A DNA stretch of 64,000 nt from a virus. Shown here piece after piece: positions 49,194 to 59,153 of the stretch. The notes beneath the pieces were generated by a model. That model had not been told where the DNA came from, ran no database searches, and saw only the letters and a program-made list of their open reading frames with translations. The stretch is from the IMG/VR virus record IMGVR_UViG_3300047459_000157, positions 6,851 to 70,850 of that record. One strand, given 5' to 3'. How positions within the stretch are numbered: position 1 is the stretch's first letter; each line of letters opens with the position of its first letter. A program made the translations under genes and the position numbers.

Positions 49194-49965
49194 ATGTTCC
49201 GTTAACCATTTTACCCGTACGTTTAGATATTACGTTGTATGCTTCTGCTATACACGTTTCTATGTTTACGTTGTTTAAATGTGCTAGGTTAGTTAATACT
49301 ACAACCATATCGCCAATAGCATCTATAACTTCTGGCTGATCATTTTCTAGTGTAGCTTTTGCTAGCTCACCCATTTCCTCTTGTAGTTTGATTAATTGCG
49401 TTTTAGGATCACCTTTATCATATAATCCTCTTTCGCTTGCCCATTGTCTAATGTTCTCAAACATTTTTAATGGTTTCTTGGAGCATTTTACTGGAGTTGG
49501 TTGCGCGAATATGTCATTGTTATCGTAAAACCTTGCAAATGCTTTATTGTATATATAACTTCTTTCTGTGTTAAACATAGAAGTTTTAACGTTTTTCATT
49601 ATCCAGTCTATTGTTCTAGGTGTAATATTTAATTCACCGTGTTCAGTCTGCCATTTCATACCTAAGTTATCAAACAGCTGACCTTTCAACTTGTCTACTG
49701 GACATGGAAACGTTGTGGTCTGTTCGGTTATATTTATATTCATTTTAGTTTTTGGTTTAAGTTTTTTGTATGGTACCATATCTACTTTGTAGCCATACTC
49801 TTTTTGTAATTTTATCTCTTTAGACGATATATAATCTACATCTTCAGAGCTTTCTAGTACTTCATACTCGTTAGGTTCATAACCTTGTTGAACTGTGACC
49901 CGGTTATTAAGATCACAGGTAACACCGATCTTTTTACCTGGAATATGATAAATATAATAAGTCAT
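49174..49965 (-). CDS. Fusion of an N-terminal GIY-YIG-like domain and a C-terminal MazG-like NTP pyrophosphatase
   Basis: YYIYHIPGKKIGVT at the N-terminus; QWA.ERGL...KLQEEMGELA...DAIGD at the C-terminus. Confidence 0.7.
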   Translation of the reverse strand: MTYYIYHIPGKKIGVTCDLNNRVTVQQGYEPNEYEVLESSEDVDYISSKEIKLQKEYGYKVDMVPYKKLKPKTKMNINITEQTTTFPCPVDKLKGQLFDNLGMKWQTEHGELNITPRTIDWIMKNVKTSMFNTERSYIYNKAFARFYDNNDIFAQPTPVKCSKKPLKMFENIRQWASERGLYDKGDPKTQLIKLQEEMGELAKATLENDQPEVIDAIGDMVVVLTNLAHLNNVNIETCIAEAYNVISKRTGKMVNGTFVKDAD

Positions 49966-50603
49966 AATTTATCGTTGTATATATGCATGTTATGTGCGTG
50001 ATGGTAATACCACCCGAGGTCCATAGACAATCTCTCTGCGACATATTTTTGTAATGATGAGAATTGATACTGATCATTGCAAAAGCCGTACCAGAGATCA
50101 TTAGATCGCATGTAAACAGACATATTAAGTTTATCATTAAGTATTGTAAATTGAACAGCATACGTACAAGGAGTATCAAACTCATATGTACCGTGTTCTT
50201 TACAATCATATATACTAATTGCAGCGTGTCTGGTTTCTTTATTATTTTTAAGCTTATTGATTACATAATCTAATTGATGATTACGTTGCCATTGCCAACC
50301 ATAATTACTTCTAACCATATTGTTTTCATCTGCCATCTTTTCCCATATAGGAGGAACCTTACCATATATTTCACCTAGCTTGTTTATACTAGGATCACCA
50401 GATAAGTACCATTGCCATTCAGCTTCAGCGTAATCAGGTTTCCAATTACGTTCTTTGTTTGTTATATAATTCTCTGTTGGATTTTCCATATAAAAACCAC
50501 AGTTGAATATAGCTTTTGTATTATCAAAATCTACACCTGTTTCTCGTATGTGATCCCACAAATAATTATAAGCATGATTAGCGTTATAAAATTTATTTTC
50601 CAT
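49962..50603 (-). CDS. Thymidylate-synthase-family enzyme, dCMP hydroxymethylase-like
   Basis: YG...R.A, catalytic PCT and MRSNDLWYGFCND. Likely start MENKFY. Confidence 0.75.
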   Translation of the reverse strand: MENKFYNANHAYNYLWDHIRETGVDFDNTKAIFNCGFYMENPTENYITNKERNWKPDYAEAEWQWYLSGDPSINKLGEIYGKVPPIWEKMADENNMVRSNYGWQWQRNHQLDYVINKLKNNKETRHAAISIYDCKEHGTYEFDTPCTYAVQFTILNDKLNMSVYMRSNDLWYGFCNDQYQFSSLQKYVAERLSMDLGWYYHHAHNMHIYNDKL

Positions 50604-50868
50604 ATTTCTTATAATAATATAATTGATACTCTGATACTTTTTCCCATATTGTATTTGGTCCATAAGAATCAGACGTACCTAATAGTTTACGATTAGGGTA
50701 TTTACCTTTTTCAATATCTACAACCCATATTCTTTCGCCATACTTTACAGCTCTTGGAGTTATACATATATCGTTGTTTATACACCATATCGCTGCGGCA
50801 TCTTCTTCGGTGGTTCGAGTGTAAACACCCATACCAAACTTTTTACTCCCACGGAAGGCCGCTGTCAT
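50593..50868 (-). CDS. Hypothetical protein
   Basis: 91-aa ORF in the operon; start uncertain. Confidence 0.5.
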   Translation of the reverse strand: MTAAFRGSKKFGMGVYTRTTEEDAAAIWCINNDICITPRAVKYGERIWVVDIEKGKYPNRKLLGTSDSYGPNTIWEKVSEYQLYYYKKYGK

Positions 50869-52570
50869 CTTTTTCGTCTAATACATTAACTTGAGGCACA
50901 AAAGAACCTGACTTAGGTTCCCATGTAAAAAACGATTCACCACCGTTTTCACCTAGGTTTTGAAACTTAACTTTTAATACTTTTACCTTTGTATTTTTAG
51001 CTTCATAATCTCTATGTACTAATAAGCCGTGATAACTAGCATCATACCATTCACCACCACCTTTTATATTATACATTGTAGGTTCTTGTATTTTACCGTT
51101 TTGGTCTCTCATCATCTTTGTCGGATGTGCTACTATAAACGTTAGAACGTCATACTTTTTACAGAACTGCTCGATTTTACTTAAGTAATCCATAGTATAT
51201 CTATTAACATCATCTGACACAGCGTTTGTGTCTCTTATTTTATTATAAGGATCTATCACAAGGCATTTAATACCTTTACGTTTAACTAATTCAGCACCTT
51301 TACGCAATACAGAGTCTAGACTATATTTGTCCATGTCTATAAAATAAAAGTTATCGTTAACGTGTTCTGATACTTCCTTCCACCTACCGCCACCAATATC
51401 ACTTGGCGATGGCATATCACCCCAACACTTACGCATAAGCTTGTGAGCATGTAAATAAATAGGTTGGTTTTCAGGACTAGCAAATGCTGTCTTCCAACCA
51501 TACTGTTTATTATAGCCTACAACCATTTGGTCAACAAAATCAGACTTGCCGCTACTAGGTATGCCAGTAACAGTAATAAACTGACCAGTGTATGTACTGA
51601 ATATCTCGTCAAAGTTATTGAGGCCAATTTGAAAGCCTGGTTTAAAACCGTTTTTAACAAAATCTTTAAGTTCACCTTCTACGTTTTTAAGTGTTGTTAC
51701 GTTTTCTAATGGTACTTGTTGCGCTGTATGTATAGCACTTTTTAGATCTTCTGCGCCGTACTTAATTAAGTACTCGTTAGCATCTTTACAGTCTAAGAAA
51801 TCTACTATATAACAGTTTTCTGCACCTAGCCTACGCACAAACTCTTGTTTGAGCATTTGTCCAGGTTCATCAGCATCTACCGCTAGAATTATTTTTACTT
51901 TGTCTTCAAAGTAATCAATACAATTATCAAGATAATCTAAGTTGTTGTGATTTAACGTTGCACCGTTAGGTACTGATATTACGTTAGGCACACCTGCCTC
52001 GTGTAACGATAAAACATCGATTTCACCTTCAACAATTACACATGTATCATTATTAACTATACTGTTAATATTATAAAATACTTTTTCTGCGCCCTTGTAT
52101 AATTTAAAATTCTTTGCACCGTCACGATACTTAATATTGATAAGTTGATTACCCATAAAGTAATTAAACTTTATTGTGTTCTCTTGCTTACCAGTCTGAG
52201 GCATAAACTCAGGGCCTTCAGAAACATTTAATGCTTCTAATGTACCCTGAGATATTCCTCTTGACTTAAACCATTCTACAACTTTACTACTGGGTGCCTT
52301 ATGAGTTTTTGTAGAAAAACTCGGGCGTACGTATTCACGGTCGCTTGCACCCTTACGTTCGTAAGTATGTAGTTGAAAAGTTGAGTTACAGTTGTGGCAA
52401 GTACCGAGACCACGTTCCCAATCATAAGAAGCACATTTAAGCTTCTGATTCTTAGGTTTCCTGTCGTGAGAACACAGAGGACAAATCCCCTGTGTCTTAC
52501 CCACTTCAAGACCATGTTGATTGAACTCATCAATCAAAAATCCATTAATCTCTTTATTCTCTACTTGCAT
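50843..52570 (-). CDS. T7 gp4/Twinkle-like primase-helicase
   Basis: Zn finger CPLC..CHNC, TOPRIM IVEGEID and DADEPG, Walker A GIPSSGKS, Walker B LVIDPY. Confidence 0.92.
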   Translation of the reverse strand: MQVENKEINGFLIDEFNQHGLEVGKTQGICPLCSHDRKPKNQKLKCASYDWERGLGTCHNCNSTFQLHTYERKGASDREYVRPSFSTKTHKAPSSKVVEWFKSRGISQGTLEALNVSEGPEFMPQTGKQENTIKFNYFMGNQLINIKYRDGAKNFKLYKGAEKVFYNINSIVNNDTCVIVEGEIDVLSLHEAGVPNVISVPNGATLNHNNLDYLDNCIDYFEDKVKIILAVDADEPGQMLKQEFVRRLGAENCYIVDFLDCKDANEYLIKYGAEDLKSAIHTAQQVPLENVTTLKNVEGELKDFVKNGFKPGFQIGLNNFDEIFSTYTGQFITVTGIPSSGKSDFVDQMVVGYNKQYGWKTAFASPENQPIYLHAHKLMRKCWGDMPSPSDIGGGRWKEVSEHVNDNFYFIDMDKYSLDSVLRKGAELVKRKGIKCLVIDPYNKIRDTNAVSDDVNRYTMDYLSKIEQFCKKYDVLTFIVAHPTKMMRDQNGKIQEPTMYNIKGGGEWYDASYHGLLVHRDYEAKNTKVKVLKVKFQNLGENGGESFFTWEPKSGSFVPQVNVLDEKDDSGLPWE

Positions 52571-52579
52571 CTGTGTTTT

Positions 52580-52900
52580 TTAAAATGGTAAATCGTCTGC
52601 TGGTGCAGCTGCTGCTGCTGGTTGGGCCATTGCTTGCGCAGGTTGGCCATCTCTTGGAGCTGGTTCAACATTTGTACCATTGCTCCATACTACCTTTACA
52701 TTACCTAGATAAATCTTCTCAGTCTTAGCATCTCTTTCCTCTTTCGTTTGTTGAACGACTACAGGACCTTGATTACCAAACTGATCTGTTTCATCATTAA
52801 CGGTTATTGTAATAGGTAAGTATTTACCTTTTTTACCTTCGATAATTTTATCTTTAGGTATTTTAGTAAGGTCAATACTTGTAGCTATTATACTTGCCAT
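52580..52900 (-). CDS. Single-stranded DNA-binding protein (putative)
   Basis: Small beta domain, flexible linker and acidic C-terminal DDLPF. Confidence 0.7.
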   Translation of the reverse strand: MASIIATSIDLTKIPKDKIIEGKKGKYLPITITVNDETDQFGNQGPVVVQQTKEERDAKTEKIYLGNVKVVWSNGTNVEPAPRDGQPAQAMAQPAAAAAPADDLPF

Positions 52901-52901
52901 A

Positions 52902-53069
52902 TTAATAAGTATTTAATTGGTTAAACATTCTAGACATCTGTTGCTTTGTAGCACCTGTGCCTCTTCTTAAATTATCAACAGCTTTAACATGTGATTGATT
53001 ATTGTAAAAGTTGTTGGTACTCGTTGTAACGCCTGATACGTCACAAGTTCTTTTTCTTGTTCTTGCCAT
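52902..53069 (-). CDS. Small 55-aa protein (not in ORF track)
   Basis: MARTRKRTCDVSG...FNQLNTY read by hand; fills the intergenic gap. Confidence 0.55.
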   Translation of the reverse strand: MARTRKRTCDVSGVTTSTNNFYNNQSHVKAVDNLRRGTGATKQQMSRMFNQLNTY

Positions 53070-53080
53070 ATAATTAAAAA

Positions 53081-53812
53081 TTAAAGTGTTTTACTTATGA
53101 AATATTGTTTCGGATTAAAATCCTTGGTTTTATAGAACAGCTCATAAGCGTCTTCTGCTCTATCGACCTTGTCTTTACCTGACGAATAAAACTCAGGCGA
53201 ACAGTCAAACACACCTAACTGATGAGTTGTCTTATCAATTACTACAAACACCATATCATAGCCAAATAACTTTCTATATATGTATGCTTGTGAATCGTAA
53301 TTATAACGATAAGCACTGTTCTTGAATTTTTGAATATCAGCTGTAGTTTTAATATCTACTACTAATCCATCTTCATGGTTAATAATATCAGCTTTTCCTT
53401 TCCATACGTATTTACCGACTTTATCTACACCCGGTACCTCGTAGTCAACATCTTTAGCTTGTATTAAACCTTTACACACATCGTTGCTCATCATCTTTTG
53501 AGTCATCAGTTCGATACGATCAACCTCGTGTTGTAATAAACATAGTTCTCCACCTGACATTTCTTTGTACATCTTTGTATTTCTAGTAGATGATTGTATT
53601 ACTTTATACTTCTTAAGCTTATCTGGCTCAAGTATTGCAGTATGAAAGTAACCACCTACTAAAAATGCAGATGATGGTTTACTTGGTTCTCCAAACGCTA
53701 GTGGGTTAGTTAGTAACGTACCAATGTCTGAGTTACTCAAGTATTTCTTACCAAAACTGCCATAGTAATCTTCGTCATTACGTAGCCTTTTTAGTACGTC
53801 TTCTTTTTTCAT
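53081..53812 (-). CDS. PD-(D/E)XK exonuclease (RecE/DUF3799-like)
   Basis: LSNSDI, G.YFHTAILEP, KGKAD, VDIKTT and YDSQAYIY. Confidence 0.8.
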   Translation of the reverse strand: MKKEDVLKRLRNDEDYYGSFGKKYLSNSDIGTLLTNPLAFGEPSKPSSAFLVGGYFHTAILEPDKLKKYKVIQSSTRNTKMYKEMSGGELCLLQHEVDRIELMTQKMMSNDVCKGLIQAKDVDYEVPGVDKVGKYVWKGKADIINHEDGLVVDIKTTADIQKFKNSAYRYNYDSQAYIYRKLFGYDMVFVVIDKTTHQLGVFDCSPEFYSSGKDKVDRAEDAYELFYKTKDFNPKQYFISKTL

Positions 53813-54331
53813 TTATAATGTTGTTAGTTCTTTCTCTTGTTCAGGAGTAAGTTGATACTTTTTCTTGATTGCATCTATTTTACCACCAGACTGTATATAG
53901 CTTTTAGCCTTTTTAATATCGGCTAGCTTGTCTTTATGTGTGTTAGTTGCGTCACTGTCTTGAGTATCATCTATTAAAAATAAATTTCCTAAAGCATATT
54001 TCTTACCATAAGAAGATGCAGAGCCAAATTGCTGAGGTGTTTGCATACCTTTTTGATTAAGATCTACACCAACTATAGCTTTTGCTTTTAACGACATACC
54101 TTTGCCGTCGTGTATAGCAGCTGTAGTTTGAAGCACAGGAATAGGACCATCAGCAATTAACTTTTCGTTAACTGTGACTGTTATATCGTACTTCAATAAA
54201 AATGGTTTGATTGCTTCTAAGATGTCTTCGGCTGATCGGAAATAATATTTGCCGAAGGAGTTAAATCTACTCTTTTTCGATTTAAACTCAGTCTGGACTT
54301 TAGCCAGCTTCTGTTGTAAAGTTAATTGCAT
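53813..54331 (-). CDS. ERF-family ssDNA annealing protein
   Basis: FGKYYFRSAEDI and Q.FGSASSYGKKYAL..LF.IDD..DSD. Confidence 0.85.
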   Translation of the reverse strand: MQLTLQQKLAKVQTEFKSKKSRFNSFGKYYFRSAEDILEAIKPFLLKYDITVTVNEKLIADGPIPVLQTTAAIHDGKGMSLKAKAIVGVDLNQKGMQTPQQFGSASSYGKKYALGNLFLIDDTQDSDATNTHKDKLADIKKAKSYIQSGGKIDAIKKKYQLTPEQEKELTTL

Positions 54332-54402
54332 TTAATTTGATTTAGTCTATATATATAATTACACATTAGTGAAACGTATTTAAATTTATTGTTCACCATA
54401 AC

Positions 54403-55170
54403 CTAAAGATAATCAAGCACTTGCGAGTGATCTACATTATCAATAAGCTTTTTAACAGCTTGTTTCTTGAGTTGTGAAACTCTTACATAAGAGCTACTGC
54501 CTTGCATATTTAATTTAGCTGCAATTTCTTTAGCACTATGCTTATCGCTGTTCAAACCGTAACTTAATGTTAATACATTATATTCTTTCTCATCTAAATA
54601 CTTTCTTAATAAACTATCTAAATAAGCATTTAACATTTCTAAGTTGTACGGTTCAGATTTATCAGGTATTTGATAGATCATATCTTCATCTTGTTTTGGC
54701 TTTTCGTCTATACTTAAGAATATAGAATTAAAAAACATTTCAACCATCTTTTTATCTTTACCAAAGTTCCTACGTATCTCATTTAGTTTATGCTCAGGTA
54801 TTCTCATGTCTCCACGATTAATATCTACAGCTCTACGTATGTGACCTCGTATTCTTTTTGATAAGAAAGATTTTAATGTTTTTTCTTGATCTTCTGATTC
54901 TTTTAAAACCATATAGTCTAATCTATCAACTGCTTTAACTAAGCCAGAATTACCTTCCTGTATAAGGTCTTGTATATCCATTACACCACTTGCTTGTTGT
55001 GATGTTGAGAATTTTCTAGCTAAATTTTCTACCAAAGGAGTAAATCCTATTATCATCTGTTCTCTATTCCAGATAGTAAAGTCTCCATCTTTTACCTTAG
55101 GTAGTTTATAAATTTTATATTCAATGTCTTTTTTCCACCGAATATAATTTTGTACATTATAACTTTTCAT
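54403..55170 (-). CDS. Sigma-70 family RNA polymerase sigma factor
   Basis: Region 2 DLIQEGNSGLVKAVDR...RIR..IRRA; region 4 LDEKE...YGL...KEIA...RVSQLK..AVKKL. Confidence 0.9.
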   Translation of the reverse strand: MKSYNVQNYIRWKKDIEYKIYKLPKVKDGDFTIWNREQMIIGFTPLVENLARKFSTSQQASGVMDIQDLIQEGNSGLVKAVDRLDYMVLKESEDQEKTLKSFLSKRIRGHIRRAVDINRGDMRIPEHKLNEIRRNFGKDKKMVEMFFNSIFLSIDEKPKQDEDMIYQIPDKSEPYNLEMLNAYLDSLLRKYLDEKEYNVLTLSYGLNSDKHSAKEIAAKLNMQGSSSYVRVSQLKKQAVKKLIDNVDHSQVLDYL

Positions 55171-55783
55171 TTAATATTTGTTTTTCTCGTTTTAAATCAT
55201 CACTCATGTGGCGATGCACTGTTCTTGTAGAGCAACTTAAAAGCTTGGCTATTTTACTAATAGTAATTTTTCCGTCTACCTCAACCATAGCATCGTATAT
55301 ATCATACTTGTCTATGCTTGGTCTACCTATTAGTTGACCTACGATTTTTAATTTCCCACTCAGGTCTAAACCAGAGTAAGGTTTGAATACTACTTTACGT
55401 AGCTTGTTTGCAGGTGGATCACCACCTTGGTTAAATACATCTTCTATCATATCATTTAATATTTTCTGTTTTATGAAGAAGGTTACAAAACCATTATCTT
55501 TATTTGCTATAAATTTAAATACAGAACGCATATCATCTTCTAATGATATTTCATCACCTTCAACTCCATCTATATTTAAATAATATAATACAAGCATGTG
55601 CCACTTTAATGATTTATATGTAGTTATCTTAGCCTTGCTGTTAAACAAGTGATAACATTCATATGTACCATCGGCGTAGTATTTATACTGCTCGGTTTCA
55701 ATAGTAGGTACATCGGTAATAGGATCTCTCCTATATACGATGCGTCTATTATTTAACCATTTTAAATTTCTGTCTTGTGACAT
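55157..55783 (-). CDS. Protein with C-terminal helix-turn-helix
   Basis: KITISKIAKLLSCSTRTVHRH is an HTH motif. Confidence 0.7.
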   Translation of the reverse strand: MSQDRNLKWLNNRRIVYRRDPITDVPTIETEQYKYYADGTYECYHLFNSKAKITTYKSLKWHMLVLYYLNIDGVEGDEISLEDDMRSVFKFIANKDNGFVTFFIKQKILNDMIEDVFNQGGDPPANKLRKVVFKPYSGLDLSGKLKIVGQLIGRPSIDKYDIYDAMVEVDGKITISKIAKLLSCSTRTVHRHMSDDLKREKQILNEKL

Positions 55784-55804
55784 TTGCCTGTTACTTATTT
55801 ATTC

Positions 55805-56158
55805 TTAATACCTTTTGTCATACCCTATTAATTCCAGTTTCACTGGATCCCATTTTCCATGCTTTATTGATTTATCAACTAATAAATCAATTCTATTATT
55901 CCACCTATGATGCATTCTGTCCATTACTGTCCATATGCCATCAAAACCGTCTGTACCTGTAATTCTGACTTTTGCGCCAAATATAAAACCTTGTTCTTCA
56001 AGATCTCTACTTACAGCTATCCATCTATGTTCACCAGGACAACATTCCATTATATGTGAACCTGATGCGGTTATAAAAGGGGTACTATCTGTCTGTTCCG
56101 GCACCGCGTGGTATATCGTCGCAGTAACCAAAATGCTTTTTAATAAATTTAGTATCAT
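55805..56158 (-). CDS. 3D-domain (MltA-like) cell-wall protein
   Basis: TATIY..TASG..IAVSRD...V.D......IDL. Confidence 0.7.
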   Translation of the reverse strand: MILNLLKSILVTATIYHAVPEQTDSTPFITASGSHIMECCPGEHRWIAVSRDLEEQGFIFGAKVRITGTDGFDGIWTVMDRMHHRWNNRIDLLVDKSIKHGKWDPVKLELIGYDKRY

Positions 56159-56612
56159 ATAGTTTTTCTTTATTATGCGCTATATTTTTCTTCTCGTGTA
56201 CGTAGTATAACCAGTACGCGTGTATAGCACAATCACGCTTATATTCATCTGGCATAGCCTGTGGTGGTTGACTAAAGCCAACGTTAAACATACCACCTGG
56301 AATTTTAGCCAGTTTATCTTTACATTTAGTTATTGTTAAATGTGTTTTACCATATCGTTTTGTATACTCATCACCAAGAGCTAACATATGTTGATATAAC
56401 CAAGCATAGTTAGAAGCTGAGTAAGTAACCCACTTAGTTGATGGGTGATGTGGATGTGCCTTCTTATATGGAACATCAGCATCGTCACCCATAATTAAAT
56501 GATGAGCTGTACAAAGCATTTGAGCTGATTCAAGTATCATCTTAACAACATGCTTGTTGTATTGATACTGTGCAGCTTTAACTGGATCTTCATCTAAATA
56601 AAATATATTCAT
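56085..56612 (-). CDS. Pyrimidine-dimer DNA glycosylase (DenV-like)
   Basis: MNIFYLD...KHVVKMILESAQML...HPSTKW...EYTKRYGK.H...PQAMPDEY. Confidence 0.8.
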   Translation of the reverse strand: MNIFYLDEDPVKAAQYQYNKHVVKMILESAQMLCTAHHLIMGDDADVPYKKAHPHHPSTKWVTYSASNYAWLYQHMLALGDEYTKRYGKTHLTITKCKDKLAKIPGGMFNVGFSQPPQAMPDEYKRDCAIHAYWLYYVHEKKNIAHNKEKLYDTKFIKKHFGYCDDIPRGAGTDR

Positions 56613-56741
56613 AGTGTTTCTCGTATCATAATATCAGTTAGCTTATCACATAGCTGATCGTAATTCTTTTCCATAAAGTTATATTCTTGTTTACCGTTAA
56701 TATCTACTGAGACCTTAAACAGTACTTCGTTTTTAAATTTT

Positions 56742-57617
56742 CTACTCATAGTTACGTATACATTTGAATAGCGGGTGTCTGTATGAACCTGCTTTAGTTC
56801 GTTGAAAATAAGTAAAGGTAGCACGCTGACCTATATAGTCATTAACTTTCAGTAACATATTTGCGAGATCCTTGTAGGTATAACCTTTGCCCGGCGGACA
56901 ACCGAACTGTATACCTTCGTCATCTTGCATCAGGAACTTTCCGAGCGTGCCTTGTCGCTTACCCTTACCTAATTCATAACCTATGATGGTTGCTTCAGTA
57001 TCGCTGAAGTCTTTGAATTTCATTAAGTCGTAAGACCTACCGTGCTTGTATAAGCCATCTAGCCTTATGATAGAGCCTTCGTAACCAGCTGCAAGATATT
57101 CTTTATGTAATGTTCTAGCATAATTGTAGGAATCTACGAGCTTTGCAGGAACATATTTAATACAGTAAGAGTATATGTCTGAGTTTACTAGATTATTCAT
57201 ACGAGTTTTGTAGCTGTCATACTGCACACCATCGAAATAATCGTAGCAATGAAACTGAGTTAGATTTTTAGCATCTAATCTTTGTTCATCGGTAGGCTTT
57301 TGCTTACGAACTAGTGATATAATTTTCTCGAAGTCATCTTTCAGATCATGATTGTATAACTCGCCATCGAGTATAACATCAGGTTGATTAAAGAAAAATG
57401 GTTTTAAACTATCGAGTATATGTTTTATGTTTTTAAATTCTTTACCTGTTCTTGAATATGCTTTTACGCTGAACGAGGCTAAGTTTTCTTGGCCAGGAAA
57501 ATCTGACACGCGTTTTATTAGGCAGCGAACGCCGTCTAATTTAGGTTGTATATACACAGGTTGAGACCAGTCTACTCGTTTGTCGTCATACTTGTGTGCT
57601 AACATTGGTTTTATCAT
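56742..57617 (-). CDS. ATP-dependent DNA ligase
   Basis: PMLA, QPKLDGVR (KxDG), LDGELY, EGSIIR, LMKFK and a C-terminal OB fold (R.P.F..IR). Confidence 0.92.
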   Translation of the reverse strand: MIKPMLAHKYDDKRVDWSQPVYIQPKLDGVRCLIKRVSDFPGQENLASFSVKAYSRTGKEFKNIKHILDSLKPFFFNQPDVILDGELYNHDLKDDFEKIISLVRKQKPTDEQRLDAKNLTQFHCYDYFDGVQYDSYKTRMNNLVNSDIYSYCIKYVPAKLVDSYNYARTLHKEYLAAGYEGSIIRLDGLYKHGRSYDLMKFKDFSDTEATIIGYELGKGKRQGTLGKFLMQDDEGIQFGCPPGKGYTYKDLANMLLKVNDYIGQRATFTYFQRTKAGSYRHPLFKCIRNYE

Positions 57618-57922
57618 AGGTTATTTAATTTATTTTGTATTTGATCTAGTTTTCTTTTTATAATTGCTGCCTTCATGTATTCTTCATTACCTTCGTACAA
57701 ACTCATTAATGTATGTAGTCTAGCCATTTCAGATACTAAGAACTCTTCTTCTGTTTCTTTAAAGGGCAATTGTCCTTTTATCAATTCACCTATAGTCATA
57801 GGAGTATTGTATTGATGCCAGTTTGGGCTTTGAGCTTTTTGTATTAGTTTATCTAATACTTTTTCAGCTAGCTCATCTATTATTTTTTCGTTGTTTATGA
57901 AACCCATATCGTTATTATCCAT
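57614..57922 (-). CDS. Hypothetical protein with UVR-like C-terminal hairpin
   Basis: EEYMKAAIIKRKL resembles the UvrB/C motif. Confidence 0.5.
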   Translation of the reverse strand: MDNNDMGFINNEKIIDELAEKVLDKLIQKAQSPNWHQYNTPMTIGELIKGQLPFKETEEEFLVSEMARLHTLMSLYEGNEEYMKAAIIKRKLDQIQNKLNNL

Positions 57923-57934
57923 TTACTTTCGTAT

Positions 57935-58405
57935 TTAGTCTGTATTAAAATTTTCATATACTTTTTCAAATCTTGTTTTACCATTAGCAAAATCAGTGTA
58001 GTCCATATCTTTCATGTACTTAGATATAATCTTTTCTGGTTTTAATACAAACACACATCTACTACTGTATTGATCGTAGCAACTAATCCATATGTCATCA
58101 GAATCACCTGTCCATATAATATAAGTATATTGGTGATCGATATTTTGATGGTCTGCGTATAAGTAGCAACTGTCATAGTAATGATCATGAACTAGCTTTG
58201 CAGCTAATGCGCTACCGTCTTGTCTAGCATTAGTGTGACACCAGTTTGCTAACTGTACACCTTGCCATTCAGGGTAACCATCATGATGTAAATACATATT
58301 TACATAGCTATTGTCAGCGTAAACTGAAGGGTTAGCAGCAAAACCTAAATCGTTTTGGCTTGCGTAGTCTCTATCTACTACCATAGTTAAATTTCTTGTA
58401 CTCAT
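57935..58405 (-). CDS. Hypothetical early protein
   Basis: MSTR...YLHHDGYP motif; 156 aa. Confidence 0.6.
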   Translation of the reverse strand: MSTRNLTMVVDRDYASQNDLGFAANPSVYADNSYVNMYLHHDGYPEWQGVQLANWCHTNARQDGSALAAKLVHDHYYDSCYLYADHQNIDHQYTYIIWTGDSDDIWISCYDQYSSRCVFVLKPEKIISKYMKDMDYTDFANGKTRFEKVYENFNTD

Positions 58406-58555
58406 TTTATTCCGCCTTTATTTATTGTTAAACGTATTTCTCTGATATAATCATGGAACTTACTCCACTTGTCAGACTCTTCTTCAAAGTATGAATGTTC
58501 GATTCTTCGTTTTATTTCTTTTTCTATAAGAGATAACAAAGTCACCATTACATCT

Positions 58556-58870
58556 TTACACATCATCTCTTTCTCTGAATAATGCGAAGCCTAGCTTTGC
58601 GTAATTTATTATATCGCCAAACCTACTAATCATAGGTTCTGCCTTGTTTAGATCATGGTTGCTAACGTGAGCTGCAACTGAGCTAATTTGCTTATCGAAG
58701 TAAGCATACCACACAACTAGAGGATCTACATTTAGCTTTTTAGCCGTAGATTTAAAGTTGTTAAGTACATCATTATCCTGCATAGTATATTCAGGACCTT
58801 TCTTGTTCATTGTTTCTTGCGCGTAATGATCTAACTCATGTACTAACGCGTTAAATTGTTCTGTCGTCAT
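58556..58870 (-). CDS. Nucleotide-modification-associated domain 1 (DUF1599)-like protein
   Basis: KKGPEY...NNF...K...GDIINYA pattern. Confidence 0.55.
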   Translation of the reverse strand: MTTEQFNALVHELDHYAQETMNKKGPEYTMQDNDVLNNFKSTAKKLNVDPLVVWYAYFDKQISSVAAHVSNHDLNKAEPMISRFGDIINYAKLGFALFRERDDV

Positions 58871-58871
58871 A

Positions 58872-59153
58872 TTAGTCTAGTAATGTCATATAAGCTGAAG
58901 CATTGTTGGTTCTAAACCAGTCTAAGCCTCTTCTCATATCGTTCTGTAAATTAATTGTATCAGGGTGCATTATATCATCGCTAAATTGTGTAGCTATTGT
59001 AAACTCTGCACCTTTAATAAAGTCATACATACTTAGCTCAGCACCTGTTAACTTGCATTTGTCACCTGTAAAAGGGTTAGCTACTGTATCACCTTCGTTA
59101 TACCACATACCGTGGAACCATTTAGGTTTTTCTTGTTTATTTTTTGTCTTCAT
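58872..59153 (-). CDS. Hypothetical early protein
   Basis: 93 aa; NPFTG..L..ELSMYD.IKG...AYMTLLD. Confidence 0.6.
   Translation of the reverse strand: MKTKNKQEKPKWFHGMWYNEGDTVANPFTGDKCKLTGAELSMYDFIKGAEFTIATQFSDDIMHPDTINLQNDMRRGLDWFRTNNASAYMTLLD

Noticed and set aside
49962-50603. Plain thymidylate synthase (thyA)
   Set aside because: The specificity residue is Asp (GFCND), not Asn, so the symbol was withheld.
56609-56824. 71-aa ORF as given in the track
   Set aside because: Its 5' part overlaps the ligase by about 80 nt. A shorter product from MSRKFK is plausible, but I could not support the boundaries.
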